From: Gemmatimonadota bacterium
Lineage (GTDB): Bacteria > Gemmatimonadota > Gemmatimonadetes > Longimicrobiales > Gaopeijiaceae
Direction of reading: 5' to 3'
NCBI GenBank assembly: GCA_022823145.1
Contig: JAJDXS010000024.1
Coordinates: 30,319-94,318, forward strand
DNA: 64,000 bases
The notes beneath the pieces are model-generated. The model saw nothing but the letters and a program-made list of their open reading frames with translations. It ran no database searches and was not told the origin of the DNA. The translations under genes were made by a program, and so were the position numbers. The stretch's first letter is position 1. Every line of letters starts with the position of its first letter. Below, in pieces: positions 29,393-39,849 of this stretch.

Positions 29393-30003
29393 TCGTGGCC
29401 CCCTCCAAACCGGTCGCGATACCGCCGCGGCGTATCGATGTCGTCGACCGTCGCGGCATCGTCGACCGGCACCTCCAGGACGCGCGCGGGATCGCGCCGC
29501 ACGACGGTGCGGGCCCCTTCCTCCAGCCCCGGCGACAGGAACTCGTTCGCGATCGTCATGTCGGCCAGCACCGGATGGCCACGCTCCTCTCCGTGGCGGG
29601 GCATCACGATGAGAGCTCGCGAAGCCCGCCAGCCTTCGATGAGCCTGCCGACCGTGTCGGACGTCACGGCGGGGTTGTCCACGGGCGTAAACACGATCGC
29701 GGCAGGGGGTTCGTCAAGTTTGCCCAGGAAGTCGAGGGCGGCCCTCAGCGAGCCGATCTGGCCACCCCTGCCTCCCGGATTCACCACCAGGCGGGCCCCG
29801 CAGCGCACCACCTCGGACGCCACGGTTCCGGAATCGGCCGCGACCACCACCACGACCGATGCGCAGCCGCCCTGGCGGAGCGTCTCCACGAGCCGGGCCA
29901 CGAAGGTGACGCCGTCGGCCTCGAGGAGCGCCTTCGGGGCACCCATTCGCGAGGACGCCCCCGCCGCGAGCACGATCCCGACCGGGCGGCCCTTCACACT
30001 CAC
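29389..30003 (-). CDS. MobA/MocA-like nucleotidyltransferase (molybdenum cofactor cytidylyl/guanylyl transferase family)
   Basis: 204 aa. VGIVLAAGASSRMGAPKALL is the NTP_transf_3 signature. ATGA overlaps on both sides. Confidence 0.8.
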   Translation of the reverse strand: MSVKGRPVGIVLAAGASSRMGAPKALLEADGVTFVARLVETLRQGGCASVVVVVAADSGTVASEVVRCGARLVVNPGGRGGQIGSLRAALDFLGKLDEPPAAIVFTPVDNPAVTSDTVGRLIEGWRASRALIVMPRHGEERGHPVLADMTIANEFLSPGLEEGARTVVRRDPARVLEVPVDDAATVDDIDTPRRYRDRFGGGHE

Positions 30004-32198
30004 TCGCGGCCAGCCGGAAACGCCCCGTGAAACGTCTCACCCGACTCGCCGAGCTCCCGCACGAGCGGGCTGGGCGCGAAGCGGTGGCCATACGTGACCT
30101 CGAGCACCTCCAGCGAGCGCAGCACTTCAGCCGGCCCCCGGTCGTCCGCGTACTTGAGCAGGCCCCCCCGGAAGGGGGGGAAACCCGTGCCCATCACCAT
30201 CCCCAGATCCACGTCCGCGGCCGATGTCACCACCCGTTCATCGAGCACCCTTGCCGCCTCGTTCACCATCGCGAACACCAGGCGGTCCTGTACGCGCCCT
30301 TCGTCCGGGGTGGACCGCGTCCCGGATACCTTCATGTCGGCGTACACGGTCTGGTCGAACCCCTTCTCCCGTCCGCCCTCATAGCGGTAGAAGCCCTTGT
30401 CGCCCTTTCGTCCCGGCCGGCCGGAGATGGCGAGAGCGACCAGCGCGGCCGCGGGCGCCATCCGCTCTCCGAACTGCTGCGCCATGGCTTCGCCGGCGTG
30501 GGACATGACGTCGATCCCGATCTCGTCGATCAGGCGGAACGGCCCCATCGGCATCCCGAAACGCTTCCAGGCCCGGTCGACCGCGAGGGCGTCCCACCCC
30601 TCGCTCAACAGGTGTCCGGCCTCGTTGAGGCAGGGCCCCAGAACCCGGTTGACCAGGAAGCCGGGCGCATCGCGCGTCACGACGGGGACCTTGCCCAGCC
30701 GGACCGCGAGCGCGGCTACGGTTTCCACCGTGTCGGCATCGGTCGCGGCCCCCTGCACCACCTCGACGAGAGGCATGCGATGGACCGGGTTGAAGAAGTG
30801 CATCCCCGCGAACCGCTCGGGGCGCTCGAGCGCGGCCGCCATCTCGTCGACGGACAGCGACGACGTGTTCGTCGCGATCACCGCATCCGGCCCCACCACA
30901 CCCTCGACCTCGCGAAGCACGGCACGCTTGACCGCCATCCGCTCCACGACGGCTTCGACCACCAGGTCGGCCGACCCCACCCCGGCATAGTCGACCCCGC
31001 CCGAGATCAACCCCATGCGCGCATCCGCGTCGCGCTTCCGCAGCGATCTGCGACGCACCGCACCGTCGAAGACCGCGCGCGCATGCGCGAGTCCCCCCGC
31101 CACCGCCTCGTGACGGACGTCCTTCATGCGCACCCGGATCCCGTTGTAGGCCGCAACCTGCGCGATGCCGCCCCCCATCGGCCCGGCTCCGAGCACGGCC
31201 ATGCGCCCGACCGCCTTCGCCCGGCCCCCTTTCGACCAGGGCGCCTTGCGCGCCTGCTCGCGCAGCTGGAAGACAAACAGGAGGTTCTTGCACTCGGGCG
31301 AAGTGATCAGGTCGCCCGCCGCCCGGGCCTCGCGTTCGAGGCTCGCAGCGACCGGGCCGCGCACTCCCTTGCGGGCGACTTCGAGGATCCGAAGCGGTGC
31401 CGGATAGCGGCCACCCGTGCGCTTGCGCACCTGTCTGGCCGCGGCCCTCAGGACCAGTGCGCGCCCGGGGGCCGTGCCGTCCAGGAAGCGGCCCACGAGG
31501 GTGCGGCGGCGTCCCTTGCGGGTCGGCGGCAGCCCCTCTCCGCGCGCAAGCCGCCGTACCAGCGCGAGGCACTGCTCCTCGAACTGCTCGCGTGGCAGAG
31601 CCCGGTCGATCAGACCGATACGCCGGGCCTTCGAGACCCGGGCGGGCTTGCCCGAGAGCATGATGTCGAGCGCGGCCGACAACCCAACCAGACGCGGCAG
31701 GCGCGTCGTGCCGCCCCACGCCGGGAGAATCCCGAGCAGGACCTCGGGCAGACCGATGCGGGTACGGTCCCCGTCGTCGGTGATCCGGTAGTCGCAGGAG
31801 AGCGCCAACTCGGTGCCGCCACCCAGGCAGATGCCGCGGATTGCTGCGACGGTGGGAACGGGGAGCGCTGCGATGCGGCCGAAGAGTGTCTGGCCCTGCC
31901 GCGCGGCCTCCGTGCCCTCACCCGGATCGTCGACCGCGGCGATCGCGTTCACGTCCGCCCCGGCGATGAACGAGCCCGGTTTCGCCGACCGGAACAGCAC
32001 CGCGCGAAGGGAGCCATCCGCCGCTGCCGCCTCCGCCGCGGTGACCACGCCTTCCAGAGTCCGCATGACCTCCAGGGTCAGGACATTCTGGCCCCTCGCG
32101 GGATCGTCGAAGGTCACCAGACCGATCCCATCGGGATCGATTTCGAACAGCAATCCTTCGCGGGAGCTACCGGTCGCCGGCTCCGGGCGCGGATTCAC
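30000..32198 (-). CDS. Bifunctional enoyl-CoA hydratase / 3-hydroxyacyl-CoA dehydrogenase (FadJ/FadB-like)
   Basis: 732 aa. N-terminal crotonase fold (FIAGADV..GGGTELAL), then an NAD-binding MAVLGAGPMGGGIA and a 3HCDH C-terminal region. Confidence 0.9.
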   Translation of the reverse strand: MNPRPEPATGSSREGLLFEIDPDGIGLVTFDDPARGQNVLTLEVMRTLEGVVTAAEAAAADGSLRAVLFRSAKPGSFIAGADVNAIAAVDDPGEGTEAARQGQTLFGRIAALPVPTVAAIRGICLGGGTELALSCDYRITDDGDRTRIGLPEVLLGILPAWGGTTRLPRLVGLSAALDIMLSGKPARVSKARRIGLIDRALPREQFEEQCLALVRRLARGEGLPPTRKGRRRTLVGRFLDGTAPGRALVLRAAARQVRKRTGGRYPAPLRILEVARKGVRGPVAASLEREARAAGDLITSPECKNLLFVFQLREQARKAPWSKGGRAKAVGRMAVLGAGPMGGGIAQVAAYNGIRVRMKDVRHEAVAGGLAHARAVFDGAVRRRSLRKRDADARMGLISGGVDYAGVGSADLVVEAVVERMAVKRAVLREVEGVVGPDAVIATNTSSLSVDEMAAALERPERFAGMHFFNPVHRMPLVEVVQGAATDADTVETVAALAVRLGKVPVVTRDAPGFLVNRVLGPCLNEAGHLLSEGWDALAVDRAWKRFGMPMGPFRLIDEIGIDVMSHAGEAMAQQFGERMAPAAALVALAISGRPGRKGDKGFYRYEGGREKGFDQTVYADMKVSGTRSTPDEGRVQDRLVFAMVNEAARVLDERVVTSAADVDLGMVMGTGFPPFRGGLLKYADDRGPAEVLRSLEVLEVTYGHRFAPSPLVRELGESGETFHGAFPAGRE

Positions 32199-32239
32199 CC
32201 TGGCAGCCCGCCGAAGGTGGTGCGGTGATCAGGCCCCGG

Positions 32240-33010
32240 TCAGAAAATGGGCCTGACGTCCGCGTTCTCGCGGCTGAGGCGCAGCACGAACGGCTCTTCC
32301 CGCGTGATCGCGACGGGGACGTTCCAATAGAGTTCGTCGTAGGGGAGCCTGTGCCGGGCATGGACCCAGTATGTGCCTGGCGCGACGCCTTCCTGGAAGT
32401 CCGCGATGCCGTTGGCCTCGGTCGTGTCGGCGAGTGCCTCCAGACCCGACGCTTCGGTCTTCATGAAGACCACCAGGTCGTAGTCTTCGAACGCCTGGTC
32501 GGCCCAGTCTCCCTGGACGGCCCGCATGCTGTCCATGCGTCCGATCGCGGCCTGTTGCAGTGCGTCGAACTCGTCGAACAGTCGGCCCATTTCGCGGTCG
32601 GCCGCGTTGTACTGGCCCTCGAAGTCCTCGTAGTCCATGAACAGCTGCCGGTACAGGCTCTCGGCCCGATTGAGCCCTTCCATGGCATCGTTGAGCTTCT
32701 GGAGAGTGTCTCGCAGGACCCCCCACCGAGTTTCGGAGTCGCGCCACGCCTGCTGTGCCAGCGCGATCTCGTCGCGCGCCGCCATCAGGTCGGGCGGAAT
32801 CTGCGGTTCGGGGGTGCCCGCCTCGGAGGCCAGCGAGTCGAAGATCTGGTCGCGGTCGTACGGAAGCAGGCGCACCTCGACCGCGTCGAGAGGCTCGGGG
32901 TTCGCTTCGTCCCCGAGCGCGACAAAGACAGTCACGTCCGCGGGGCCGCACGCCGTGATGGCCAGGGTGGCGAGTATCGCCAGACCGATACCGTTGTTGC
33001 GTCGCGTCAT
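32240..33010 (-). CDS. Hypothetical lipoprotein with C-terminal carboxypeptidase-regulatory-like beta-sandwich
   Basis: ATG 33010 lies 7 nt after GGGAG and gives MTRRNNGIGLAILATLAITAC (lipobox). A coiled middle region is followed by ANGIADFQEGVAPGTYWVHARH. The track ORF starts at 33037. Confidence 0.55.
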   Translation of the reverse strand: MTRRNNGIGLAILATLAITACGPADVTVFVALGDEANPEPLDAVEVRLLPYDRDQIFDSLASEAGTPEPQIPPDLMAARDEIALAQQAWRDSETRWGVLRDTLQKLNDAMEGLNRAESLYRQLFMDYEDFEGQYNAADREMGRLFDEFDALQQAAIGRMDSMRAVQGDWADQAFEDYDLVVFMKTEASGLEALADTTEANGIADFQEGVAPGTYWVHARHRLPYDELYWNVPVAITREEPFVLRLSRENADVRPIF

Positions 33011-33136
33011 CACTTGACTCCCTGAAAACTGACCCAAGAGGTGGAAAACTTGCCGAAAAGGAGGATCTCGCCGCCCAAGGTAAAGGCGGAAATGGAAGGC
33101 ATCAAGGCTCCGGGCGAGGCGGAATAGAGGTCGAGC

Positions 33137-34066
33137 CTAGGGCGCCGTACGGAGCAGCACATGCGTCATGGGATCCACGGGCCGTCCGTTCACGTGCACT
33201 TCGTAGTGTACGTGAGGCCCGGTGCACGTGCCGGTGCAGCCGATCTGTCCGATCACGTCGTCCCGGCTTACCCGCGTTCCGGCGCTGACGAGGAGCTTGG
33301 AGGCGTGGGCGTACAGGGTCGTCACGCCGAAGCCGTGATCGATTTCGACGGTGTTGCCGTAGCCGGGCTTCCAACCGGAGAACTTCACGACGCCGTCCGC
33401 CGTCGCCACGAACCGGGTGCCCCTGGCCGCCCTCTGGTCGATTCCGTCGTGCGGCATGTAGATCCTGTGCACGGGGTGGCGTCTGCTTACGCTGAACGCG
33501 CTGGACACCGGTCCATGGATGGGAAGGATCGACGGAGTGTGCTTGAGACGCTCTGCCTGCCCCTCGAGCGACGCCTCGGTTTCCGAGAAACTCCGCGAAA
33601 GGAGGTCCGCCCTGCGCAGGAGAACCGCCAGGTCGTAGCGGACCGCGTAGGCGGCTTCGGAAGTCTCTCGATCCAGCGCCCACAGCTCGCTCTCGTCAGG
33701 CGAGTCGAGCCCGGGCCCGCCGACACCGACATCGAAGACCTCCTCGTCGATTTCGAGCAGCCCGGCCACCAGGCGCACCCTGCGGTCCTTCTCGGCCAGC
33801 GTGGCCATCTCGCGGTCGAGTTCGTCCACCGAGACCCGAACGCGCTCGATCTCCACTTCGAGCAGCCGGTTCTCACGGGCCAGATGCGCCGCGCGCACGC
33901 GGGCACCCGCGTCGACCAGGAAGAACGCGGTGGCACCTACAAGGAACACACCGAGGACGCACGCTGCCGTCAAACAGCGGCGCACCAGCGGGGCTGGCAA
34001 GGAGAACTGCCGGGAATCCGTGGCGTCTTCCCGAAAGAAGAGCACCGTCCATCTGTCGTTTTTCAT
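33137..34066 (-). CDS. M23 family metallopeptidase (LytM/NlpD-like), membrane-anchored
   Basis: 309 aa with a TM segment, a coiled-coil, then HDGIDQRA..GYGNTVEIDHG..LYAHAS..TGPHVHYEV (HxxxD and HxH motifs). Confidence 0.85.
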   Translation of the reverse strand: MKNDRWTVLFFREDATDSRQFSLPAPLVRRCLTAACVLGVFLVGATAFFLVDAGARVRAAHLARENRLLEVEIERVRVSVDELDREMATLAEKDRRVRLVAGLLEIDEEVFDVGVGGPGLDSPDESELWALDRETSEAAYAVRYDLAVLLRRADLLSRSFSETEASLEGQAERLKHTPSILPIHGPVSSAFSVSRRHPVHRIYMPHDGIDQRAARGTRFVATADGVVKFSGWKPGYGNTVEIDHGFGVTTLYAHASKLLVSAGTRVSRDDVIGQIGCTGTCTGPHVHYEVHVNGRPVDPMTHVLLRTAP

Positions 34067-34124
34067 GCGGCCACAAGAATACCGTGCAGTTCCGGTCCGG
34101 TCAACCGGCCGTCCCCGCCCCGGG

Positions 34125-35660
34125 TCAGTCCGGATCCACCCGCGGGAAGAGCGGGGCGCCGACGCTGACCACGTTTCCAGCGAGGTTCAGGCGGTCCAAT
34201 TCGTCGAACAGTGGGATGCCGGCAAGCCCAAGACGGGTTGCCAGCTCGGCCGCCTTCTCCGGTGTCACGGGTTCGAAGAGACATGCAAGGACCGCCAGCG
34301 TGTGGACCAGGGTGGCGAGCGTGTGGTCCAGCTCGGCGGCGGCGTCCGGCCTGCGGGCCAGCGCCCAGGGCTCCTGCGTTTCGACGAACCCGTTGGCGGT
34401 CCTCGCCAGGTCCATCGCCGCCGCGAACCCTTCGTGGAGCCGGTAGCCGTCCAGACCGCGCCGATAGGCCCCGACCGCCGCCGCCGTTTCATCGGCGAGC
34501 CCGTCGGCCGGCGCCGCCGGAACGATGCCGTCCCGGTAGCGCCTGATCATCGAAAGGGTGCGGTGGGCCAGGTTGCCGAAGATGTTGCGCAACTCGTCGT
34601 ACCGGGTCAGGAACCGCTCGGGGGTGTACGATGCGTCCTGGCCGGTGGCCATCTCGCGCATCAGGTACCAGCGCACGGCTTCCGGGCCGTAGCGCTCGCG
34701 CAGGTCGAGCGGGTCCACCACGTTGCCGAGCGACTTGGACATCTTGGTGTCGCCGACGACCCACCAGCCGTGCGCGAGGATCTTCCGGGGCAGCGCGAGG
34801 TCGGCGCCCATCAGCAGGGTGGGCCAGTACACCGCGTGGGTGGTGATGATGTCCTTGCCCATGAGGTGGACGTCGGCGGGCCAGCGCGAAGGCAGCGGAT
34901 CCCCGAAGCCGCGTCGGCCACGTGGCGCATCCGGGTCGACCGCACCCGCGGCCGTCACGTAGTTGGTGAGCGCATCCACCCACACGTATGTGACTTGGTC
35001 GGGGTCCCAGGGGATGGGGATCCCCCAGTGGATCCGCGAGCGGGGGCGCGAGATCGAAAGATCGCCGAGTCCCTGGCTCAGGAAGCCCAGCACCTCGTTG
35101 CGGCGCGTGGCGGGCACGATCCACTCCGGGTTCTTCTCGATGTGCTCGACCAGACGGTCGCGGAAGAGGCTCATGCGGAAGAACCAGTTCTTTTCGCGAA
35201 TCCTGGTTACCGGGCCACCCGCGATCGGATCGACCCGGTCGGGCCCGATCTCCTTCTCGGTGAAGTAGCGCTCCTGACCGACCGAGTACCACCCCGTGTA
35301 CTCGGCCTCGTAGATGAACCCGTTGTCGTAGAGGCGCTCCAGAAGCGCGCCGACCACCGCGATGTGCTCCGGCTCGGTCGTGCGGATGAAGCGGTCGTTG
35401 GAGATGCCCAGCTCCACCCATGCCGCCTTGAAGCGGTCGACCATGCGGTCGCAGAGTTCGAGCGGCGTCAACCCGTGTTCGGCCGCCGCCTCCTGGATCT
35501 TCTGTCCGTGCTCGTCGGTTCCCGTGAGAAAGAGCACATCGTCGCCCGCGCGGCGATGGTAGCGCGCGAGGACATCGGCCAGGATCGTCGTGTAGGCATG
35601 CCCCAGGTGGGGTTCGCCCGAGGCGTAGTAGATTGGCGTGGTCAGGTAGAAGGATCCCAT
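34125..35660 (-). CDS. metG: Methionine--tRNA ligase (short form)
   Basis: 511 aa. TTPIYYASGEPHLGHAYTTILADV (HIGH region) and KMSKSLGN (KMSKS). Confidence 0.93.
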   Translation of the reverse strand: MGSFYLTTPIYYASGEPHLGHAYTTILADVLARYHRRAGDDVLFLTGTDEHGQKIQEAAAEHGLTPLELCDRMVDRFKAAWVELGISNDRFIRTTEPEHIAVVGALLERLYDNGFIYEAEYTGWYSVGQERYFTEKEIGPDRVDPIAGGPVTRIREKNWFFRMSLFRDRLVEHIEKNPEWIVPATRRNEVLGFLSQGLGDLSISRPRSRIHWGIPIPWDPDQVTYVWVDALTNYVTAAGAVDPDAPRGRRGFGDPLPSRWPADVHLMGKDIITTHAVYWPTLLMGADLALPRKILAHGWWVVGDTKMSKSLGNVVDPLDLRERYGPEAVRWYLMREMATGQDASYTPERFLTRYDELRNIFGNLAHRTLSMIRRYRDGIVPAAPADGLADETAAAVGAYRRGLDGYRLHEGFAAAMDLARTANGFVETQEPWALARRPDAAAELDHTLATLVHTLAVLACLFEPVTPEKAAELATRLGLAGIPLFDELDRLNLAGNVVSVGAPLFPRVDPD

Positions 35661-35663
35661 CGC

Positions 35664-36236
35664 TCAACCCTGTTCCGCATCCAGCGCGGCCCCGATCGCT
35701 CCGGCGTACCACGAAAGGGTATCGACGAAGCGTGCGAACGCCTTCTCGTACCTCTCCTGTTGCGGCTCTCCGCCGGCGTCGAAGCTGCGGGCCACGTGGG
35801 TCACCGCCATGTGGGCCACCGGCAGGGCCTTGAGGCGCAGGAAGAGTAGCTGGAGGAGGTAGTGCACCTGAATGCCGCCGAAGGCTCCGGCCGACAGGGT
35901 GACGATCCCCACCGGCTTCCGGTCCCACTCGCCGTAGATGTAGTCCAGCGCGTTCTTGAGCACGCCCGGGATCGAGCCGTTGTATTCGGGGCTGACGACG
36001 ACCACGGCGTCGGCCTCGCGGATCGCTTCCGAGAACGGGACCAGCCCGGGCGGCGGGTCGTCGCGCCGGTGGAGACGCTCTTCCATGATCGGGAGGTCGA
36101 ACTCGGCCAGGTCGAGAAGCGGCGCGTCCGCTCCGGCCCGGCACAGGCGATCGCTGGCGAAGCGCGCCACCCTGATCGACTGCCGGCCCCGGCGCACGGA
36201 TCCGACGAGGACGGGGATGCGGAGCGGGTCGTTCAT
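35664..36236 (-). CDS. NADPH-dependent FMN reductase family protein
   Basis: 190 aa. IPVLVGSVRRGRQS..VVVSPEYNGSIPGVLKNALD is the typical FMN_red signature. ATGA overlap with the ligase stop. Confidence 0.8.
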   Translation of the reverse strand: MNDPLRIPVLVGSVRRGRQSIRVARFASDRLCRAGADAPLLDLAEFDLPIMEERLHRRDDPPPGLVPFSEAIREADAVVVVSPEYNGSIPGVLKNALDYIYGEWDRKPVGIVTLSAGAFGGIQVHYLLQLLFLRLKALPVAHMAVTHVARSFDAGGEPQQERYEKAFARFVDTLSWYAGAIGAALDAEQG

Positions 36237-37783
36237 GGGGCGCCCCTCCGCTTGAGCGCACCGCGGTCCACCTTGCCCAGGTGCGTGCGCGGCAAGTCGG
36301 CCAGGACGTGGATCGCGCGCGGGACCTTGTAGGACTCGAGGTGCGTGCGGGCGTGGGCGCGAAGTGCCGCCTCGGTGGCTTCGGCCGGCTCACCGGCGTC
36401 GTCGGGCGCGTCCGACAGCACCACGAACCCGACCGGGACCAACAGCCCGTTCTCGTCCTCAGCGCCCACCACCGCAGCCTCGCGCACACCCGGATGTGCG
36501 AGCAGGCACTCCTCGGCCTCCCGCGGCGAGAACCACTTCCCGGACACCTTGAGGAGGTCGTCGGCGCGTCCCTGGTAGGTGAACCAGCCGTCCGCGTCGC
36601 GGGTCATCATGTCGCCGGAGACGTACCAGTCGTGGGCGAAGGCGCGCCGGGTCTCGCGCGGGTGCTGCCAGTAGCCGTGCGCGCGCGATCCGCCCCGGAC
36701 CCGCATGCGCCCTACCTCGCCGTGCGGCACCTCGCGGCCGTCGTCGTCGCAGAGCCGTACCTCGAAGCCGGGGACCGCAGTGCCCAGGGTGCCGGGGCGG
36801 ACCGCGCCGGGCCGGTTGGAGATGAAGACGTGCCACATCTCGGCCGTGCCGAGGCCGTCGAGCAGTTCGACTCCGAAGGTGTCGTTCCAGCGGCGGTGAA
36901 GCGACGGCGGCAGGGCTTCGCCGGCCGAGGTGGCCACGCGCATGCAGCTCAGGTCCTGGCGGGCCGCATCGGGGTGCGAGACCATCCGGTTCACCATGGT
37001 GGGCACGTTGATGAGGATCGTGGGGCGGTGGCGGGCGATCTGGGCGAACAGCTCGTCGGCGGTGCAGCGCTCCGGGAAGAGCACCGCGGATCCGCCCGCC
37101 GCGAGCGGGAAAAAGAGATTGGACCCGGTAGCATAACCAAAGTAGAGCTTGGGCACCGAGATCGTGATGTCGTCGGCCGAGTAGCCGAGAACGTGCCTCG
37201 CGTAGCACTCGGTCGAGTTGGCGAACGATGCGTGGGGCTGGACGACGCCCTTCGGCAGTCCCGTCGTCCCGCCGGAGAAGAGCCAGATCGCCGGATCGTC
37301 TGGATGTGAAGAGAAGTTGTCAAAATGTAAACCGGAGTTGTCAACTCGTTCGTCACCCTCCTCGGTTCCCAGCACAAGAAGGCGCGGGGCTCGTTGTGCG
37401 GAGGCGGCCGCCCGCGCAAACACCTCCCCCTGATCGGCGTGCAGCACCACCGCCGCAGCGCGCGCGTAGTCGCAGAGGTCGCGGAGCCGGCGCCCGTCCA
37501 GGAAGCAGTTCACCATGACCCCGACGGCGCCCAGCTTGAGCGTGCCGAAGAGCGCCGCGGCGAAGTCGGGGATGTCGGGCAGCGCAATCAGCACCCGTTC
37601 CTCGGGCCGCACGCCCATGTCGGTCAGCGCGTTGGCGAAGCGGTTGGCGCGTGCCTGCAGCGCCGCGTAGGTGACGTCTCCGTCGCCCGTCCGCAGCGCG
37701 ACGCGGTGGCCCTTCCCCTCCCGGACGCGGTCGTCCAGAAAGCAGTCGGCGATATTGAACGGGTTGGGCGGATCGAAGCGCAT
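36233..37783 (-). CDS. Aryl-CoA ligase of the benzoate/2-aminobenzoate-CoA ligase family (AMP-forming)
   Basis: MRFDPPNPFNIADCFLDDRV.., FSGGTTGLPKGV (AMP-binding P-loop), YATGSN, GD..TRDADGWFTYQGRADD, KVDR. ATG 37783 is preferred. The track ORF starts at TTG 37807. Anthranilate as substrate is inferred from the divergent operon only. Confidence 0.85.
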   Translation of the reverse strand: MRFDPPNPFNIADCFLDDRVREGKGHRVALRTGDGDVTYAALQARANRFANALTDMGVRPEERVLIALPDIPDFAAALFGTLKLGAVGVMVNCFLDGRRLRDLCDYARAAAVVLHADQGEVFARAAASAQRAPRLLVLGTEEGDERVDNSGLHFDNFSSHPDDPAIWLFSGGTTGLPKGVVQPHASFANSTECYARHVLGYSADDITISVPKLYFGYATGSNLFFPLAAGGSAVLFPERCTADELFAQIARHRPTILINVPTMVNRMVSHPDAARQDLSCMRVATSAGEALPPSLHRRWNDTFGVELLDGLGTAEMWHVFISNRPGAVRPGTLGTAVPGFEVRLCDDDGREVPHGEVGRMRVRGGSRAHGYWQHPRETRRAFAHDWYVSGDMMTRDADGWFTYQGRADDLLKVSGKWFSPREAEECLLAHPGVREAAVVGAEDENGLLVPVGFVVLSDAPDDAGEPAEATEAALRAHARTHLESYKVPRAIHVLADLPRTHLGKVDRGALKRRGAP

Positions 37784-37820
37784 CGGAGGATTATGTTTAG
37801 GGACCAAGGAGGGATGGTCA

Positions 37821-38641
37821 ATGGATAGCGGCCTCTGGGGTCATGCGACGTGGACGGAGCTTGAAGCACTGGGTCTCGGGTGCAGGCGCGCGGGCGGGAG
37901 CACGCCCACCCCACACGGCTCCCGTGTCGTCGCCCTGCTCCCGGTCGGCGCGGTCGAGGCGCACGGCCCCCACCTCCCCCTGACCACCGACGTGATCATC
38001 GCGGCCGCGGCCGCGAAGGCCGCGCTTCCCGGTCTCCGCGCCCAGGGCCACCGTCCCGTCATCCTCCCGCCCCTGGCCTACACCGCCGCCCCCTTCGCGG
38101 CGGGCTTCCCAGGCACCATCTCGGTGCGCCCCGCGACCTTCTCCGCGCTGCTGGCCGACGTGGCCGCCTGCCTGGAGCGGCAGGGTGTGGCCGCGCTCGT
38201 CGTGGTCAACGCGCACCTCGACCCCGCTCACCTCGGCGCGATCGCCGCAGTGGCGCGCTCCTCCGGCGCGGCCGATGCGCGCGCCGGCGCCATGCCCGTC
38301 ATCCACCCCGACCTCACCCGGCGGCGCTGGGCGTCGCGCCTCACCCCCGAATTCCGGAGCGGCGCGTGTCACGCCGGCTGCTACGAGACCTCGGTGGTCA
38401 TGGCGGCCGCCCCCGAACTGGTGCGGGACGAGGTGCGGCTCGGCCTGGCCGAAAACCCGGCATCGCTGTCGGTCGCGATCCGCGCGGGCGCGGCCACCTT
38501 CGAGGAGGCGGGTGTGAGCGACGCGTACTGCGGGGACCCCGCCGCCGCGACCCCGGAAGAAGGAGGACGGACCGTGGAGATCCTGGCGCGCATCGTGGTC
38601 GACGCGGTGGCGGAGCGGCTGGGGCGACGGGAGGTCGCGTC

Positions 38642-38645
<4 letters not shown>
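37821..38645 (+). CDS. Creatininase-family (PF02633-like) metal-dependent amidohydrolase
   Basis: ATG 37821 lies 8 nt after AAGGAGG (37806..37812). LLPVGAVEAHGPHLPLTTDVIIA is the family signature, followed by VVNAHLDP and CHAGCYETS. The track ORF starts at 37671. Confidence 0.8.
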
Positions 38646-39405
<760 letters not shown>

Positions 39406-39409
<4 letters not shown>

Positions 39410-39849
39410 CGTTCCGCGTCGTCAACCCGGAGGCGCTGGGAAGTCCCCGCGGGTGGAACAACGGGATGCTCGCGCCGGAGGGAGGCCGGGTGCTCTTCGT
39501 CGCCGGGCAGATCGGTGTGGAGGGCGGCCCGACGCTCGCGGCGCAGTTCGGGGCCGCGCTCGCCAACGTGGCGCGCGTGGTGGAGGCGGCGGGGGGCGCG
39601 GTCTCCGATGTGGGGCGGCTTACCATCTACGTGACGGACATGGAGGCCTATCGGGGATCGCTGCGCGAGATCGGGGCCGGGTACAGGGAGGTGTTCGGGA
39701 AGCACTTTCCCGCCATGGCGCTGGTGGCCGTGAGCGAACTGGTCGATCCGGGTGCGGTGGTGGAGATCGAGGCCACGGCGGTGATCCCGCAGGCGTGGCC
39801 GGATGGGGTGCGCGCCGGGCGCGACAGGGCCGGCAAGGAGCAGAGATGA
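39406..39849 (+). CDS. RidA/YjgF-family enamine/imine deaminase-like protein
   Basis: 147 aa. FVAGQIG..VGRLTIYVTDM..PAMALVAVSELV..VEIEATAV. ATGA overlaps at both ends. Confidence 0.85.

Noticed and set aside
37793-37800. The 8-mer ATGTTTAG is shared between the DsbA-upstream palindrome (26359..26366) and the ligase/operon divergent region (37793..37800), possibly a common regulator half-site.
   Set aside because: My rough expectation for a second chance copy of this AT-rich 8-mer in 128 kb of 70% GC sequence is about 0.2, so it is not significant on its own. The second site has no dyad partner.
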